Part shown: positions 10,697 through 20,772 of the stretch, in pieces
How the letters are laid out: each line of letters begins with the position of its first letter
Numbering within the stretch: the stretch's first letter is position 1
NCBI GenBank assembly: GCA_019828565.1
Contig: JAHDYR010000012.1
Coordinates: forward strand, 248,001 to 312,000
Direction: 5' to 3'
Length of the DNA: 64,000 nucleotides
Source: Carpediemonas membranifera BICM
Taxonomy: Eukaryota > Protista > Fornicata
The notes under the pieces: generated by a model
What the model saw: the letters and a program-made list of their open reading frames with translations, nothing else
Told to the model about the DNA's origin: nothing
The model's database searches: none
Translations under genes and position numbers: made by a program

Positions 10697-11415
10697 CGTA
10701 CGGCTTCTGCTTGCATAAAAAAAGAATTTTGTGAAAATCATCCCTTTTCGAGGCACGTTGTTGGCAGCATCGTGTTCAGCGCCACTTGTTGGCCCAGAAT
10801 CAGTCTTTCTTACTGGCATCGGCAGTGGGTCGACCCTTTCCAGCATTGCTGACCACCACTAATCACTAATCATCTCACATCCCCAAAACCATCAGCCGGA
10901 CCAAGAAGAGAAGTTTACCAAATATGCAGCGCATGCTGTACGTACCTCAACCCGACCTTGTCCTTGAGAGTCGACAGATCACCCTCCAGTCGTCCCGGCC
11001 AGCGGCGGCAGAGTAGACCGCCCGATTCCCTTGCTGCTCGTAGCGCGGGGCCTACCCATCCCTTCACAGGCGACCCGGGTTCGAACGAGGCCCCAATCCT
11101 CTGGCCCGCCCGAGGTCTGGGGTCGCCCTTCGGGGGCCGGGCGAGTCGAGCGATCGGCTGTGCTGCGGGGCGCTCCCTGTGCTCCACCGGCATCGATTTA
11201 GCTGCTGGTGGGGTGGGTAAGTAGGGGGAATGGCTGTTGCTGAAGCCGGGCAGAGAGAAAGATGTGGTATGCGAGATGGCATGATCTGAAACCATAGCCA
11301 GTTCAAGGAAGTCCCAGCTGGCTCCTATAGTGTCCCAAGCCATATTTTTCCCTCATCCAGCCGACTTTACTCGCTGTCTTCCGGCTCTGCTCTCGATTCG
11401 CGGGTGTCTCTCCGC

Positions 11416-11928
11416 TCAGTTCCCAGAAATGTACAGCAGCGACGTGATCTGCCTCAGGTCATCCCGCCCGAGCACCCCGTCCCCGTCTCGGTCCAGTCTC
11501 CGGAACAACGCGGCCACGTCGGCCACCTCGCCCCGGCCGTCCAGGATGATCTGCCGGAACTCCGGCATCGTGATGGCGTGGGTGTCTGTGCACGCATCTA
11601 TCATCCGCTCGAGCAGTGAGCGCTCGAAGTTGGCCAGCGAGGTTGTGCTCTTCACCCAGTGCTGAACATCGGACAGTGTGAACGTGGTTTGGTTCGGGAA
11701 TTCTTGGGATAGAGAGGACTTGCTTGGTTTGAACCCAAAAAGCTCCATCACGATCAACTTAAAGCAGAAACTGGATATGGAACTCTCAGTGCACCCCAAG
11801 GCGAAAAACTCGGGCGATGTGTACTTCTCAAACATGTGCGTTACCATTTCGGGAGTTATGTCGAATGTAGAGGTCTGATCTGTTGGATCTGGCTCCTCAA
11901 TCGCAAGCTGGGACTGGGTCAAGCTCAT
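11416..11928 (-). CDS. EF-hand protein (centrin/calmodulin-like, degenerate)
   Basis: C-terminal EF loop DRDGDGVLGRDD; helix pattern resembles centrin. Confidence 0.65.
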   Translation of the reverse strand: MSLTQSQLAIEEPDPTDQTSTFDITPEMVTHMFEKYTSPEFFALGCTESSISSFCFKLIVMELFGFKPSKSSLSQEFPNQTTFTLSDVQHWVKSTTSLANFERSLLERMIDACTDTHAITMPEFRQIILDGRGEVADVAALFRRLDRDGDGVLGRDDLRQITSLLYISGN

Positions 11929-12018
11929 CGCTGCGACTTTGCGAAATCCGTGTACAGTCTGAGCCATAAGCCCAATGGTCACCGCGCAGTCGCACGGTCG
12001 TGGTCCAAAAGGTAAGCT

Positions 12019-13020
12019 TTACTCCATACCAAAGAACCGCTTCATGAGCTTGACCTCGTTGACCTCAAGCCAGTCACCCTCCTTGCTGACGAAGCCCTGG
12101 TGGCCGCCCCTCTTCTGGACGACGGCCGTGACGTACTTGTTGGCGTTGATCTTGCCCCAGGCCCGCTCCTGCATGGCGGGGGTCGCGAGAGGGTCGTTCT
12201 TGGCGAACAGCATGAGAGTCGGCACCGCGATGTCCTGGATGACGTTGTCGGCACTGGCATCGTCGTAGTAGTGCGCGGGCTCCTCGTAGCCAAACACCTT
12301 GCACGTCCAGTTGCGGTCGAACTCGGTGATCTTCTCGGCCGCGGCCGCGGCGAGTGCATGCTCGCGCCACTCGGGGAAGCGCTCTGCCTTTTCCCTCATG
12401 ACCTTGTGCAGGAAGGGCATGATGGCGGGCTTGATGAGTCTGCTCGTCAGCCAGTGGTCATCGAGCACGTTCTCCCGCAGACTCATGGGCGAGCAGCAGG
12501 TGTACAGGCCACACACAGCCGGAGGCGGGGTGCAGGTGGCCACGTAGTGGGTTAGGATGGAGCCGCCCATGCTGAAGCCAGCCAGGGCGATCTTGGCGTC
12601 GGGGTAGACCTTCGTGAGATGAGCGACGACCTCCTCGACGTCGTGAGTGAACTTGCCGTTATAAAGGACGGGGGTCCGGTTGGGGCGGCGTGATGATGAG
12701 CGGAGGTTCATGGCAACAGTACGGATGCTTTCCTTGCGAAGGGCGACGGCCATCTTCTGGATGTAAGCAGCGTAGGATGAGGATCCGAGGCCGTGGAGTG
12801 CAACGACGATGGGGGCATCATTAGCATCGTTAGCGGGAGCACAGTAGTCGATGTCGATGAAGTCGCCATCAGAGGTCGTGAACTCCTCCCGAGTGTATGG
12901 TGCGCGGACGTTCGACGGCTTGAAGGCGGCCATCGTTGCTACATAACCGTTCATATAGCGCCAAGGGCAGTTGTAGTTCGTGAACAGCCCCGAGAGGTCA
13001 GGGATGGACGCAGAAACCAT
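12019..13020 (-). CDS. Alpha/beta hydrolase, YheT/ABHD1-3 family
   Basis: HGLG oxyanion motif, GFSMGG nucleophile elbow, NDP acid and GGH His. Confidence 0.9.
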   Translation of the reverse strand: MVSASIPDLSGLFTNYNCPWRYMNGYVATMAAFKPSNVRAPYTREEFTTSDGDFIDIDYCAPANDANDAPIVVALHGLGSSSYAAYIQKMAVALRKESIRTVAMNLRSSSRRPNRTPVLYNGKFTHDVEEVVAHLTKVYPDAKIALAGFSMGGSILTHYVATCTPPPAVCGLYTCCSPMSLRENVLDDHWLTSRLIKPAIMPFLHKVMREKAERFPEWREHALAAAAAEKITEFDRNWTCKVFGYEEPAHYYDDASADNVIQDIAVPTLMLFAKNDPLATPAMQERAWGKINANKYVTAVVQKRGGHQGFVSKEGDWLEVNEVKLMKRFFGME

Positions 13021-13785
13021 GTCGCGCAGCTCCAGGTCTAAAAGTGCTGGATGCCGTCAAATCTCGTTAGATTCTATTCAGATCTTGTATCCTAGATTGG
13101 GCCAGGGATACAATTGTAATGCTGCATTGCTCTATACCACCCCAGACGATTACAACCCAGGACAAGGGGCCATGCTGGCGAGGTGTGCCAAGGACATCAG
13201 CGTGCATGTTGTCAGCTTTGACAGTTTCAATATCCCTTCTTCTAATCCCTCAACTGAAATCATCCGTCCCTCGTCCGCGACTTATTGTGATCGACGTATC
13301 TGTGGAGTGCCGGCCATCGCCGACCGAGGATACGAGTGATAAATTTGTCACGGCACCAGCCAGCATGATCCGGTCATCAACCGCAGTCTCTACTGGTAGT
13401 GTTCGAGGTTGACCCGGCGGGTGCTAGAATGAACAGTGTTGGTCACTCGCCGATCGACCCATGCCTTTGGTAATCGAAGCACATTGTGGAAGGTAGCTGG
13501 TCGACCCTAGAAACTGTTGTATAACATGAAATGAGGACAGAAGTCATGTTTACTCTGCCAAGCCTCAGCTTCCGACAGACGATGCCGTGTTGACGCCAGT
13601 CGCCTTGCTCTCACTCGGAATTGAATGACCCATTTATGTCATATCCACGTAGAGGGTAATATGGTGCTGCGAATGCCGCCCGACGTGCACATCCAGTGGA
13701 CCCCACAGCCCTCAGCCGGGCGACCCCGATCACGTGCCACTTCACCACCAACCACTAGTGAATTTATGAGTAATGTAAATGGTCC

Positions 13786-14649
13786 CTACGGGGTCGGCTC
13801 CACCACCCCTACGACATACGCGAGCCACGCCTCAGCCTGGTCGATCCCGCGCCCGTCCGTGGTCCGGGAGTAGTGGTCGGCAGTGAGCCCGTCCTCGAAC
13901 TCCTCGTAGAGACTGGCCCAGTACACCACCGTGCGGCTAAACCCCGCCTCCTCCATGGCCTCTCTGATCTCGGGCACAGACCAGAAGCGCCAGTCATACG
14001 AGAAGGCAGGGGAGATGGAAGAGCCGTCCGGGAACTCGAAGTCGATATGTGCCATGAGCTCGTTCGTCACAGGGTTGTAGTTGCTCTGGCGCCAGATAAA
14101 GTCGAAGTCTACGCCGTCGACCTCGCAGCCACGGGGTTCATCCTCTGCGATGATTTGGCAGTTGGGGCCGCCCATGACTTCGAGTATAAAGACACTGCCG
14201 GTCTCGTCGAGCATGGAGCGGGCGGTCTTGAAATAATCTAGGAGCATTGTGCGCTTTTTGAACACAAAGAAGCTGTAGTTCCCGCCAAAGATCACGGAGA
14301 ACCGGTCCACTGGCATCGCCTTCGTGGAAGGGTTCAGGACGTCCTGCTTGACGAACGTCATGCGCGAGTCCAGCTGCGAATTGGCCTGGAAGTGCTTCCT
14401 GCGGCCGTGCTTCATCGAGACTTCGTCCAGATCAAGGCCAACGGCTATGGCGTTTGGGAACTGCTCCAGGAACGTGGCAGAGATATATCCAGTGCCTGAA
14501 AAGTCCTCCTTCAGCGACTGAGGGGTCATAGCCAGCTCCTCGTCGCATATTCGGACGATGGCGTCGACATCCACAGACGGCGATTGAACTGCGGCCTCAT
14601 ACATGTCAAATAGCGATACTCTGGCGCATAGCGGGGTAGAAATCGTCAT
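13786..14649 (-). CDS. Class I SAM-dependent methyltransferase (bacterial-like)
   Basis: EDFSGTG motif I, GLDLD motif II, YEAAVQSP N-terminal motif and AFSYDWRFW. Confidence 0.8.
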   Translation of the reverse strand: MTISTPLCARVSLFDMYEAAVQSPSVDVDAIVRICDEELAMTPQSLKEDFSGTGYISATFLEQFPNAIAVGLDLDEVSMKHGRRKHFQANSQLDSRMTFVKQDVLNPSTKAMPVDRFSVIFGGNYSFFVFKKRTMLLDYFKTARSMLDETGSVFILEVMGGPNCQIIAEDEPRGCEVDGVDFDFIWRQSNYNPVTNELMAHIDFEFPDGSSISPAFSYDWRFWSVPEIREAMEEAGFSRTVVYWASLYEEFEDGLTADHYSRTTDGRGIDQAEAWLAYVVGVVEPTP

Positions 14650-14765
14650 CGCCCCAGTTTCTGTCTCCGTCCGCTGTTTGATGGAACGCCGTCCTCCGCA
14701 CCGCGCAGGGTAAGACTCGAGGCTGTGACCCCGCCATTTACCATCGTTATTGGCCTCTTGCCGGC

Positions 14766-15041
14766 TTAGTCTTCGCCCTCGTGTTTTTCTTCGGGCTCAG
14801 GCGCCTCCTCGGCCGGCCGCTCCTCCGGCTCCGGTGCGTGCTCCTCAGCAGGCGGTTTTTCTGGCTTCTGTTCTTCCGCACGAGCCTTTTCTTCTTCATT
14901 CTCTTCCATTTCCGGCTCCTCGTGGTCCTCAGCGGGCTGCTCTACATGTTCCTCCGTCTTCTCGATCATTCCTTCATCCATATGGCCTTCTGGCGCTTGT
15001 TCTTCGTGATGGTGATGAGCCTTCGAATGCTTATGCCCCAT
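14766..15041 (-). CDS. Small acidic Glu/His/Pro-rich protein, possible N-myristoylation (MGHKHS)
   Basis: ATG-initiated ORF with biased composition and an MGxxxS motif. Confidence 0.55.
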   Translation of the reverse strand: MGHKHSKAHHHHEEQAPEGHMDEGMIEKTEEHVEQPAEDHEEPEMEENEEEKARAEEQKPEKPPAEEHAPEPEERPAEEAPEPEEKHEGED

Positions 15042-15481
15042 TGCTATTCAGTTCTTGTTGTCGGTGTTGCCAGCGCATAGTCAGTATTGTCATTCGCACA
15101 AACTATTTCCGGCACCATGCCACAAGCCTTACATAAGGCTCTGATACACGAACATTACTCTAAATAGCTAAGTTGCCTGCATGCTGAGTCGGATGATTCG
15201 CCCGGCTGCCAGGGTCCTGCCGCCTGAGACTGCCGGAACACAGGTGCAACCACTGACATCCCGACCCTCCCAGCCGGGCCTTGGACGGTGCGGAAACACC
15301 CGCCTGGGACTTGAAACCAGGTCAGTGCGATTGTCTGGCGGATCACCCTCAGCCGACACAAGGAGAGCACCGGTAACAATAATCTGAACGCACCCGGGCC
15401 ATCACGGTCACCCAGCCCACGGCGTCACACGTATACCTTATACATAGGCCACATAAATGGCTTTACAGACGGACCTAAGGC

Positions 15482-16030
15482 TCAGTCATCGTACGCATAC
15501 TCCGCCCGGTGGTGCTTGATCAGCGTCCGGCCCGAGAAGAAGAAGGTATCGCTCTTCACTTCCCACGGGGACTTGAGGATGTCGGCCACCACCTTCTTGC
15601 TCACCTTGGGGACGGGGTATATGGCCTCCCATTGGTTCGTCGAGTTGGGAATCACAAAGCCGAACGTGAAATCAAACGAGTGGATCAGCTTGCCGCGGAA
15701 GTAGTGGCGTTCGATCATTCTGAAGTCCCGGACGGGCATGTCGCCGACAGAGAATGTCAGCGTCGTGCCAATCGACTTCATATTCCAGAACTTCGCGGGG
15801 AAATGGTAACGGATACCTCTGTACATGTCTTCCCCCTCCAGCATCATGGGTTCAACGCTCCCCACAAGCTTCCCGCTGTCGTCCATGTTGAAAAGAACCT
15901 CATTGGACGCAATGTCGCGGATCTTGAAGGCTTTGAAGTCAAAATCATAAATATCGTCACTAATCTCGCACAAAAAGCCAGTGCATGGCTCCTTGAGCTT
16001 GTTCACGTGTTCAGGCGTGATTTCGGGCAT
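15482..16030 (-). CDS. UNC119: UNC119 (PDE-delta family) myristoyl-binding protein
   Basis: ITPEHV...FLC...FKIRD, FRMIERHYFR and FDFTFGFVIPNSTNQWE. Confidence 0.92.
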   Translation of the reverse strand: MPEITPEHVNKLKEPCTGFLCEISDDIYDFDFKAFKIRDIASNEVLFNMDDSGKLVGSVEPMMLEGEDMYRGIRYHFPAKFWNMKSIGTTLTFSVGDMPVRDFRMIERHYFRGKLIHSFDFTFGFVIPNSTNQWEAIYPVPKVSKKVVADILKSPWEVKSDTFFFSGRTLIKHHRAEYAYDD

Positions 16031-16232
16031 CTTACCGCTTACCAGTCGCCAAGTCATCGCCGAATCAGCAGGGTCGGAACGGCAGGTGTTGAGCGTTAGG
16101 CAAGCCCGCATGGATACTGCTAGTTTGGCCGCCTCCCTTGCTCCAGGGTTTGACTGGTCTGGGTTCATCCTCCTCGAAATGCACAGGCAATCATACCACT
16201 CCGGAGTCGACCAATTATGTGTCATTTATGTA

Positions 16233-16826
16233 TCATCCACTGCTGGGGGGCTGGGGCTTGACCTCCCCCTTGCCGACCTCCGACCAGTTCGTCGACAGCA
16301 CAGTCCCCTTGGACTCCGTGAACGACTTCATCATCGCCCGCTGCGTGTCGGGGTCCGCGTTGGCGTATATCTTGGAGAAGAGCGTCTGGAGTGGGTCCCC
16401 GCCGGTGTCCTCGTTGTCTTTGTCCTCCTCCTTCGTCTCCTTGTCAAGCTCATCCCAGTCCTTCGCAGTCTTCTTCTTAGGGGCCTGGGCGGGCTCGGGA
16501 GCGACAGGCCTGGGCGTGACCTTCTCGAGGGCGGCCCACTGCTTTCCAGGGGTCTTCTTGTTCACTGTAAGCTCCAGTTTCGCACGGTAGATGCGATACT
16601 TCATGGAATCGGGGTCCACAGCTTCAGTGAGGTCAAATGTGTGGTCGTATACCTCGTCATTCTCCATGGGGAATGAGATGTGGACGAAGTCATTCGTACA
16701 CTGGACAAGTGCGTCTTCTGGGATCATATGACCGGACCAGAAGACTGAGATCGTGATTGCATTACTAGTCTGGTACCAATCAGCGCGGATAGTAGGCGCT
16801 CTGTAGCCAACCGGTGCGTTTGGCAT
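16233..16826 (-). CDS. SGT1: SGT1 co-chaperone (CS + SGS domains, no TPR)
   Basis: DWYQT CS start; LFSKIYANADPDTQRAMMKSFTESKGTVLSTNW SGS domain. Confidence 0.9.
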   Translation of the reverse strand: MPNAPVGYRAPTIRADWYQTSNAITISVFWSGHMIPEDALVQCTNDFVHISFPMENDEVYDHTFDLTEAVDPDSMKYRIYRAKLELTVNKKTPGKQWAALEKVTPRPVAPEPAQAPKKKTAKDWDELDKETKEEDKDNEDTGGDPLQTLFSKIYANADPDTQRAMMKSFTESKGTVLSTNWSEVGKGEVKPQPPSSG

Positions 16827-17006
16827 TTTTGGCCTTAAAGTGCACATCAATTTGGGCGATCGATTCGCGGCAATTTGCACCCTCATCAGAGCTACCAGAC
16901 ACACATCATGCACAGCAACCCCGCAGGACATCAATCCTCATCGACGACGAGTCTCTTCTTCTGTCCCCTTCATCAGCGCCGTTTATAATCCGCATAAAGG
17001 CCAGCC

Positions 17007-17835
17007 TCATTCGGGGTCCTCGTTGAAGTCCGCCCCGCCCACCTCAGCGTCGTCGTAGAACTGCAACATGTGGTCGAGCTGCGCCACGATGTTGAGGAGG
17101 GTGTCGTCGTCGGTGTAGTCGAGGGGGTAGTACTGTATCATGCTGTAGTCCGCCACGAGCTCGGCAATCGTGTCGTTCACGGTGGAAAACATAGGCATGT
17201 CCATGTTGAGTCGGCTTACAAGCCGGTGGGGGTCGGGGAAGGCGCCCGAGAGGCTCTTCTTCATGTCGTCGGCGAGTAGGTCGACCTTGGAGAGAAGGTT
17301 GATGTGAGGGATGCCCAGGGCAAGCATCGCGGACAGTGCGGCCAGGGCTGAGTAGACCAGTGCACCCGGGTCAGAGATGAAGGTCGACTCGCTGAGGTAA
17401 ACTGCGGCGACGCGGTACCCAAGCCCCTCGAGCGTACGGCTGAGACGGCCCATGACGTCGAGGTGGGTGAACAGCTCGATCTGACCTGGACAATCGATGA
17501 TGAGGTAGTCGTCTGAGTAGTCGCCGAGGGTCTCCTCGAGATATGCGTAGTCCCGACTTACCTCCTCCATCGCAAGGACGAGGGCGCCGTTAGGACCGAG
17601 CTCGGGGCGATCCTCCATGACCTGGCTAACAGTAATGACGTCCCTGACGTCTGGATAAGGACTGGGAGGTTGCGTACATACCAATAGAGGGATCATACTG
17701 CAGTGCGTCGGCTGCGGGATCGAGGTTCATCACATGCACGGTCCTCTTGAGAGAAGCCATGTATTCCAGCATGTTACTGCAGTACGTGGACTTCCCGGCC
17801 CCAGCAGTGCCGATGACGAGCTGAGCGAACTTCAT
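17007..17835 (-). CDS. GPN3: GPN-loop GTPase 3; intron 17651-17681
   Basis: AQLVIGTAGAGKSTYC, NLDPA, LGPNGAL and DCPGQIELFTH; a 31-nt intron joins the two ORFs. Confidence 0.88.
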
Positions 17836-17997
17836 TGATAAATCAAATGATTAGGGGCGGAACGGGGCGATTCCAGGCCTCTTGGGGTGCCATGAGTCGA
17901 GAAAGCCAGTGCTCATTGACCCACACGCTCGGCGCTTCGACTCTTCATCCCGAGCCCTTGCACTCGCCGTCGGGACAATATAATCTTTATGAGAAAC

Positions 17998-18668
17998 TCA
18001 GCAGCTGCACCCGTCACTGCCCGAGGCATCCAGCCCGTCCGTGAGCCTGATCCCCGACCCCTCGCTGTCGGGCGAGAGCAGCCCCGACGCCATCCTCTCG
18101 TACACACGCCTCGCCAGCTCGACGAAGGACTCGTTGACGTTCTCTCGGGTCCGCGCAGAGATCTCAGCGTAGAGGTAGCCCTTGGAGCTGGCGTAGCGCT
18201 GCCCCTCCTCCTGGGTGACCACGCGCTGGGAGACGCAGTCTATCTTGTTGGCTATGATGATAATCGGCGTGTTCTGGCGGGCAGTACTCTGCTCTACGAC
18301 GTCAGCAACCCATGCGTCGATCGATTGGAACGACTCCCGGCGGGTGACATCGTAGACGACGAGCACGCCGACAGCAGATCTAAAGTAGTTGCGGGCCATC
18401 GACCTGAACTCTGTGTAAACGGTAGAAGGGTTGTACCAACGTTCTTGCCCTGCCGTGTCCCAAACCTGAAGCTTGGTCATTTTGCCATCCACGTCAACGA
18501 CCTTGGAACGGAGATCACTGGTGTAAGAAAGAGGATGGATGCATACCCTTGTATGGTGACTTCGTGGATGAAGTGAAAGCGATCTTCGGCAAAGCGTAGG
18601 AAGATAGAGCTCTTCCCGACGCCTGTGTCACCGCAGAGGATGAATTTGAACAAGTAGCTGTGTCCCAT
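17998..18668 (-). CDS. Rab GTPase (Rab2/4/14-like); introns 18518-18546 and 18411-18440
   Basis: YLFKFILCGDTGVGKS, WDTAGQE, NKID, EISA and C-terminal CSC prenylation motif. Confidence 0.9.
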
Positions 18669-18888
18669 GTATTTTCTAGTGTTTCTTGTTTGATTGAGGG
18701 TGTTAGTTCTTTTCTTGTCGCGCTGGAAAGGACGATCCAGTTCGTGTCGCCTCCTCGAAATGAAGTCGTCAAATCGAATTAGGCGAATCTAGGCGATCAT
18801 CACAACTCAATCGCCATTGCCAACACCAAATTACCCAGCAAGTATCATCACCGACGACTAATCCGCGGGTTTAATCCTCTTGAACTGG

Positions 18889-19555
18889 CTATACAATCTT
18901 CTTCTTCTTAAAGAAGCTCGACAGCACAAATGCCTGCATTGTTCCCGATCCGACGAGGATGAACACAACTAGCACGCTGAACCACCGGATCCGGGCCTTC
19001 ATGGTGTCCGCATCGGCGGACATGACAGCGTCGGACTTCTTGAGGGCAGCGAACTCCTTCATGATGCTCTGAAGCGTCCGGCCAATGCGGTTGAACTCCC
19101 ACTGATAGACGTTAACCTGCTTGTCGAGGAATGAGGGCTCTTCGCTGTCCGCGTCGGTGTCAAACTTCATATCCACGGTCACGCGGCGGACGCTATCGTG
19201 GGCGCCGCGCATGGACTGGACGAGCCGGTTACTGATGCAGCACTCTGTGTGAGGGGGGAGGGGCGGGCGTACGGTAGTCTCCGTCAGATGCGGCGGTGAA
19301 CAGAAAGCGCTTCGGGTCAACGCTGATGCCGTCGGCAGAATAGATGACGTCGTTGTCAGGCCCACGGATCTGGACGGTGATGTCCATGACATAGCTGGGA
19401 TCTAACGTTGCACTGAAGGAGGAACGGACAATCGTGCCCTTCAGCAGCTCCTCGGTGAAGCAGAAGGTCGTTGACATCGGAAGATCATATGAGAAGGCTA
19501 GAGCGCTGCTGAAAAGACATAAAATAACGAGAACTGCGGCTGGCTGAATAGCCAT
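18889..19555 (-). CDS. p24/TMED (GOLD domain) cargo receptor; intron 19245-19272
   Basis: Signal peptide, CFTEEL GOLD domain, coiled coil, TM helix and FFKKKKIV tail. Confidence 0.9.
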
Positions 19556-19642
19556 GTGATCGTGTTGCGCAGTATAAACACATTTTTCGAACCTCCCAGA
19601 CAGGGCCTGAAAGGAACGATCAAAGTGCCAAACTGTACAACA

Positions 19643-20572
19643 TCATCCGTCCGTAGACGAATGTTGGCGGTTAGCCAATTGATGATACTGGAATGATGTT
19701 TGAAGACGTGGGATCGATGTGCGACTGAACGGAGAGCCACTGAGCTCATCTTCCGTGGCAAGAGAACGCCACAGGATGTTCTCTGCAGCACTCTTGTCCC
19801 GATGATCAACATTCAGAGCATCAGGAACTGTTGCGCGCCACTGAGCACCACGGCACTGTGGATTTTCGCTGAGCATCACACGATGTGGGTGAACGTGCTG
19901 GTCATCACGCGGACGAACTCGCTTGTAGGGGGCGTGGCAGTGAGGGCAGACGACGGTGGTGCGGTCCTCGTTAACCATGTTAAGATCGACGACAGTGTTA
20001 TACCCCTTGAGAAGGGGTACTACCTCTCTCGCGAACTTTCGATATGGCGCGCAAGGAATGAACATACCAGCAGGCGTGGTGAATCTTGAGCTCCCGTAGA
20101 ACACTTTCAGGCGAATGGGGGTGGCGATGGGATGGTGGCGACGCCAACCGAACTCCCGAGCCAACTGTTGGCCGCAGCGGGCGAAGTGCTTCTGGCGAAG
20201 GATGTGGTTCGCAAAGCGCACTCGGCGGAAAGACTTACGCATTCCAGCCTCGAAAATGTCGTTCGCGTTGTCCAGCACAAACCTAATAGAGTTGTTGATA
20301 CTCACTAGTCTTGTGCTCTTGAACGACGCGGCCGTCATATCAAAGCCGAAACTTGGCGTCTTAGTGTATCCGCACTTTGGAAGGACGCCGGAGCTGGTGG
20401 TGCCATCGGGGTGCCTGATGTAATACCCTCCGATGGACCTCGCGCCCGGGTCGAACCCCATGAGGTGGGCATCAGGATCCGGCGCGGGCGGAGCCTCGGC
20501 ATTATTTTCTCCGAGTCGCGGGCGCTCTTTTCTTCTTTTCTCCCGCCCTTTCGCTCGCTTTCGAACAGGCAT
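19643..20572 (-). CDS. Minimal Fanzor1/TnpB-like nuclease, intact ORF (309 aa) with basic NLS-like N-terminus
   Basis: MPVRKRAKGREKRRK; GFDPG, VFYG, VNEDRTT, CPHC and HRDKSAAENIL. Clear diverged homologue of 600-1478. Confidence 0.88.
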   Translation of the reverse strand: MPVRKRAKGREKRRKERPRLGENNAEAPPAPDPDAHLMGFDPGARSIGGYYIRHPDGTTSSGVLPKCGYTKTPSFGFDMTAASFKSTRLVSINNSIRFVLDNANDIFEAGMRKSFRRVRFANHILRQKHFARCGQQLAREFGWRRHHPIATPIRLKVFYGSSRFTTPAGMFIPCAPYRKFAREVVPLLKGYNTVVDLNMVNEDRTTVVCPHCHAPYKRVRPRDDQHVHPHRVMLSENPQCRGAQWRATVPDALNVDHRDKSAAENILWRSLATEDELSGSPFSRTSIPRLQTSFQYHQLANRQHSSTDG

Positions 20573-20637
20573 GCTCGCATCGACGTTAGACGATCTCCCT
20601 ACCGACTTAAGACGTGAGTAGGAGGGAGACAGGGCAG

Positions 20638-20680
20638 TGTTGCGCAGTATAAACACATAATTCGACCCTTCAATAGCACA
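20638..20680. repeat. 43-bp TG...CA terminal unit of family B
   Basis: TGTTGCGCAGTATAAACACATAATTCGACCCTTCAATAGCACA. First 21 bp identical to 19563-19583; solo copy at 57815-57857. Confidence 0.85.
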
Positions 20681-20772
20681 GATCGGCTTCGCCTAAACTG
20701 CTCAACATACATAAACCACCATAAATCCGTAGCCAGAGGCCTACCACCCATAGTACACACAACAAGACTTAT

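Larger units (their letters stand above)
19563..20680 (-). mobile_element. Fanzor-carrying element family B (TGTT...CACA, 5-bp TSD GATCG)
   Basis: GATCG at both 19558-19562 and 20681-20685. About 40-bp imperfect direct repeats at 19563-19602 and 20638-20680. Purine tract at 20616-20637. Confidence 0.88.

Noticed and set aside
13021-13785. Unassigned gaps (also 1-455, 15120-15480, 29270-29680)
   Set aside because: Only short ORFs with no motifs and no recognisable RNA gene, so no call can be supported.
19593-19614. CCCAGACAGGGCCTGAA resembling a tRNA-Lys primer-binding site
   Set aside because: It lacks the leading TGG, has several mismatches, overlaps the repeat end and has no equivalent in family A.
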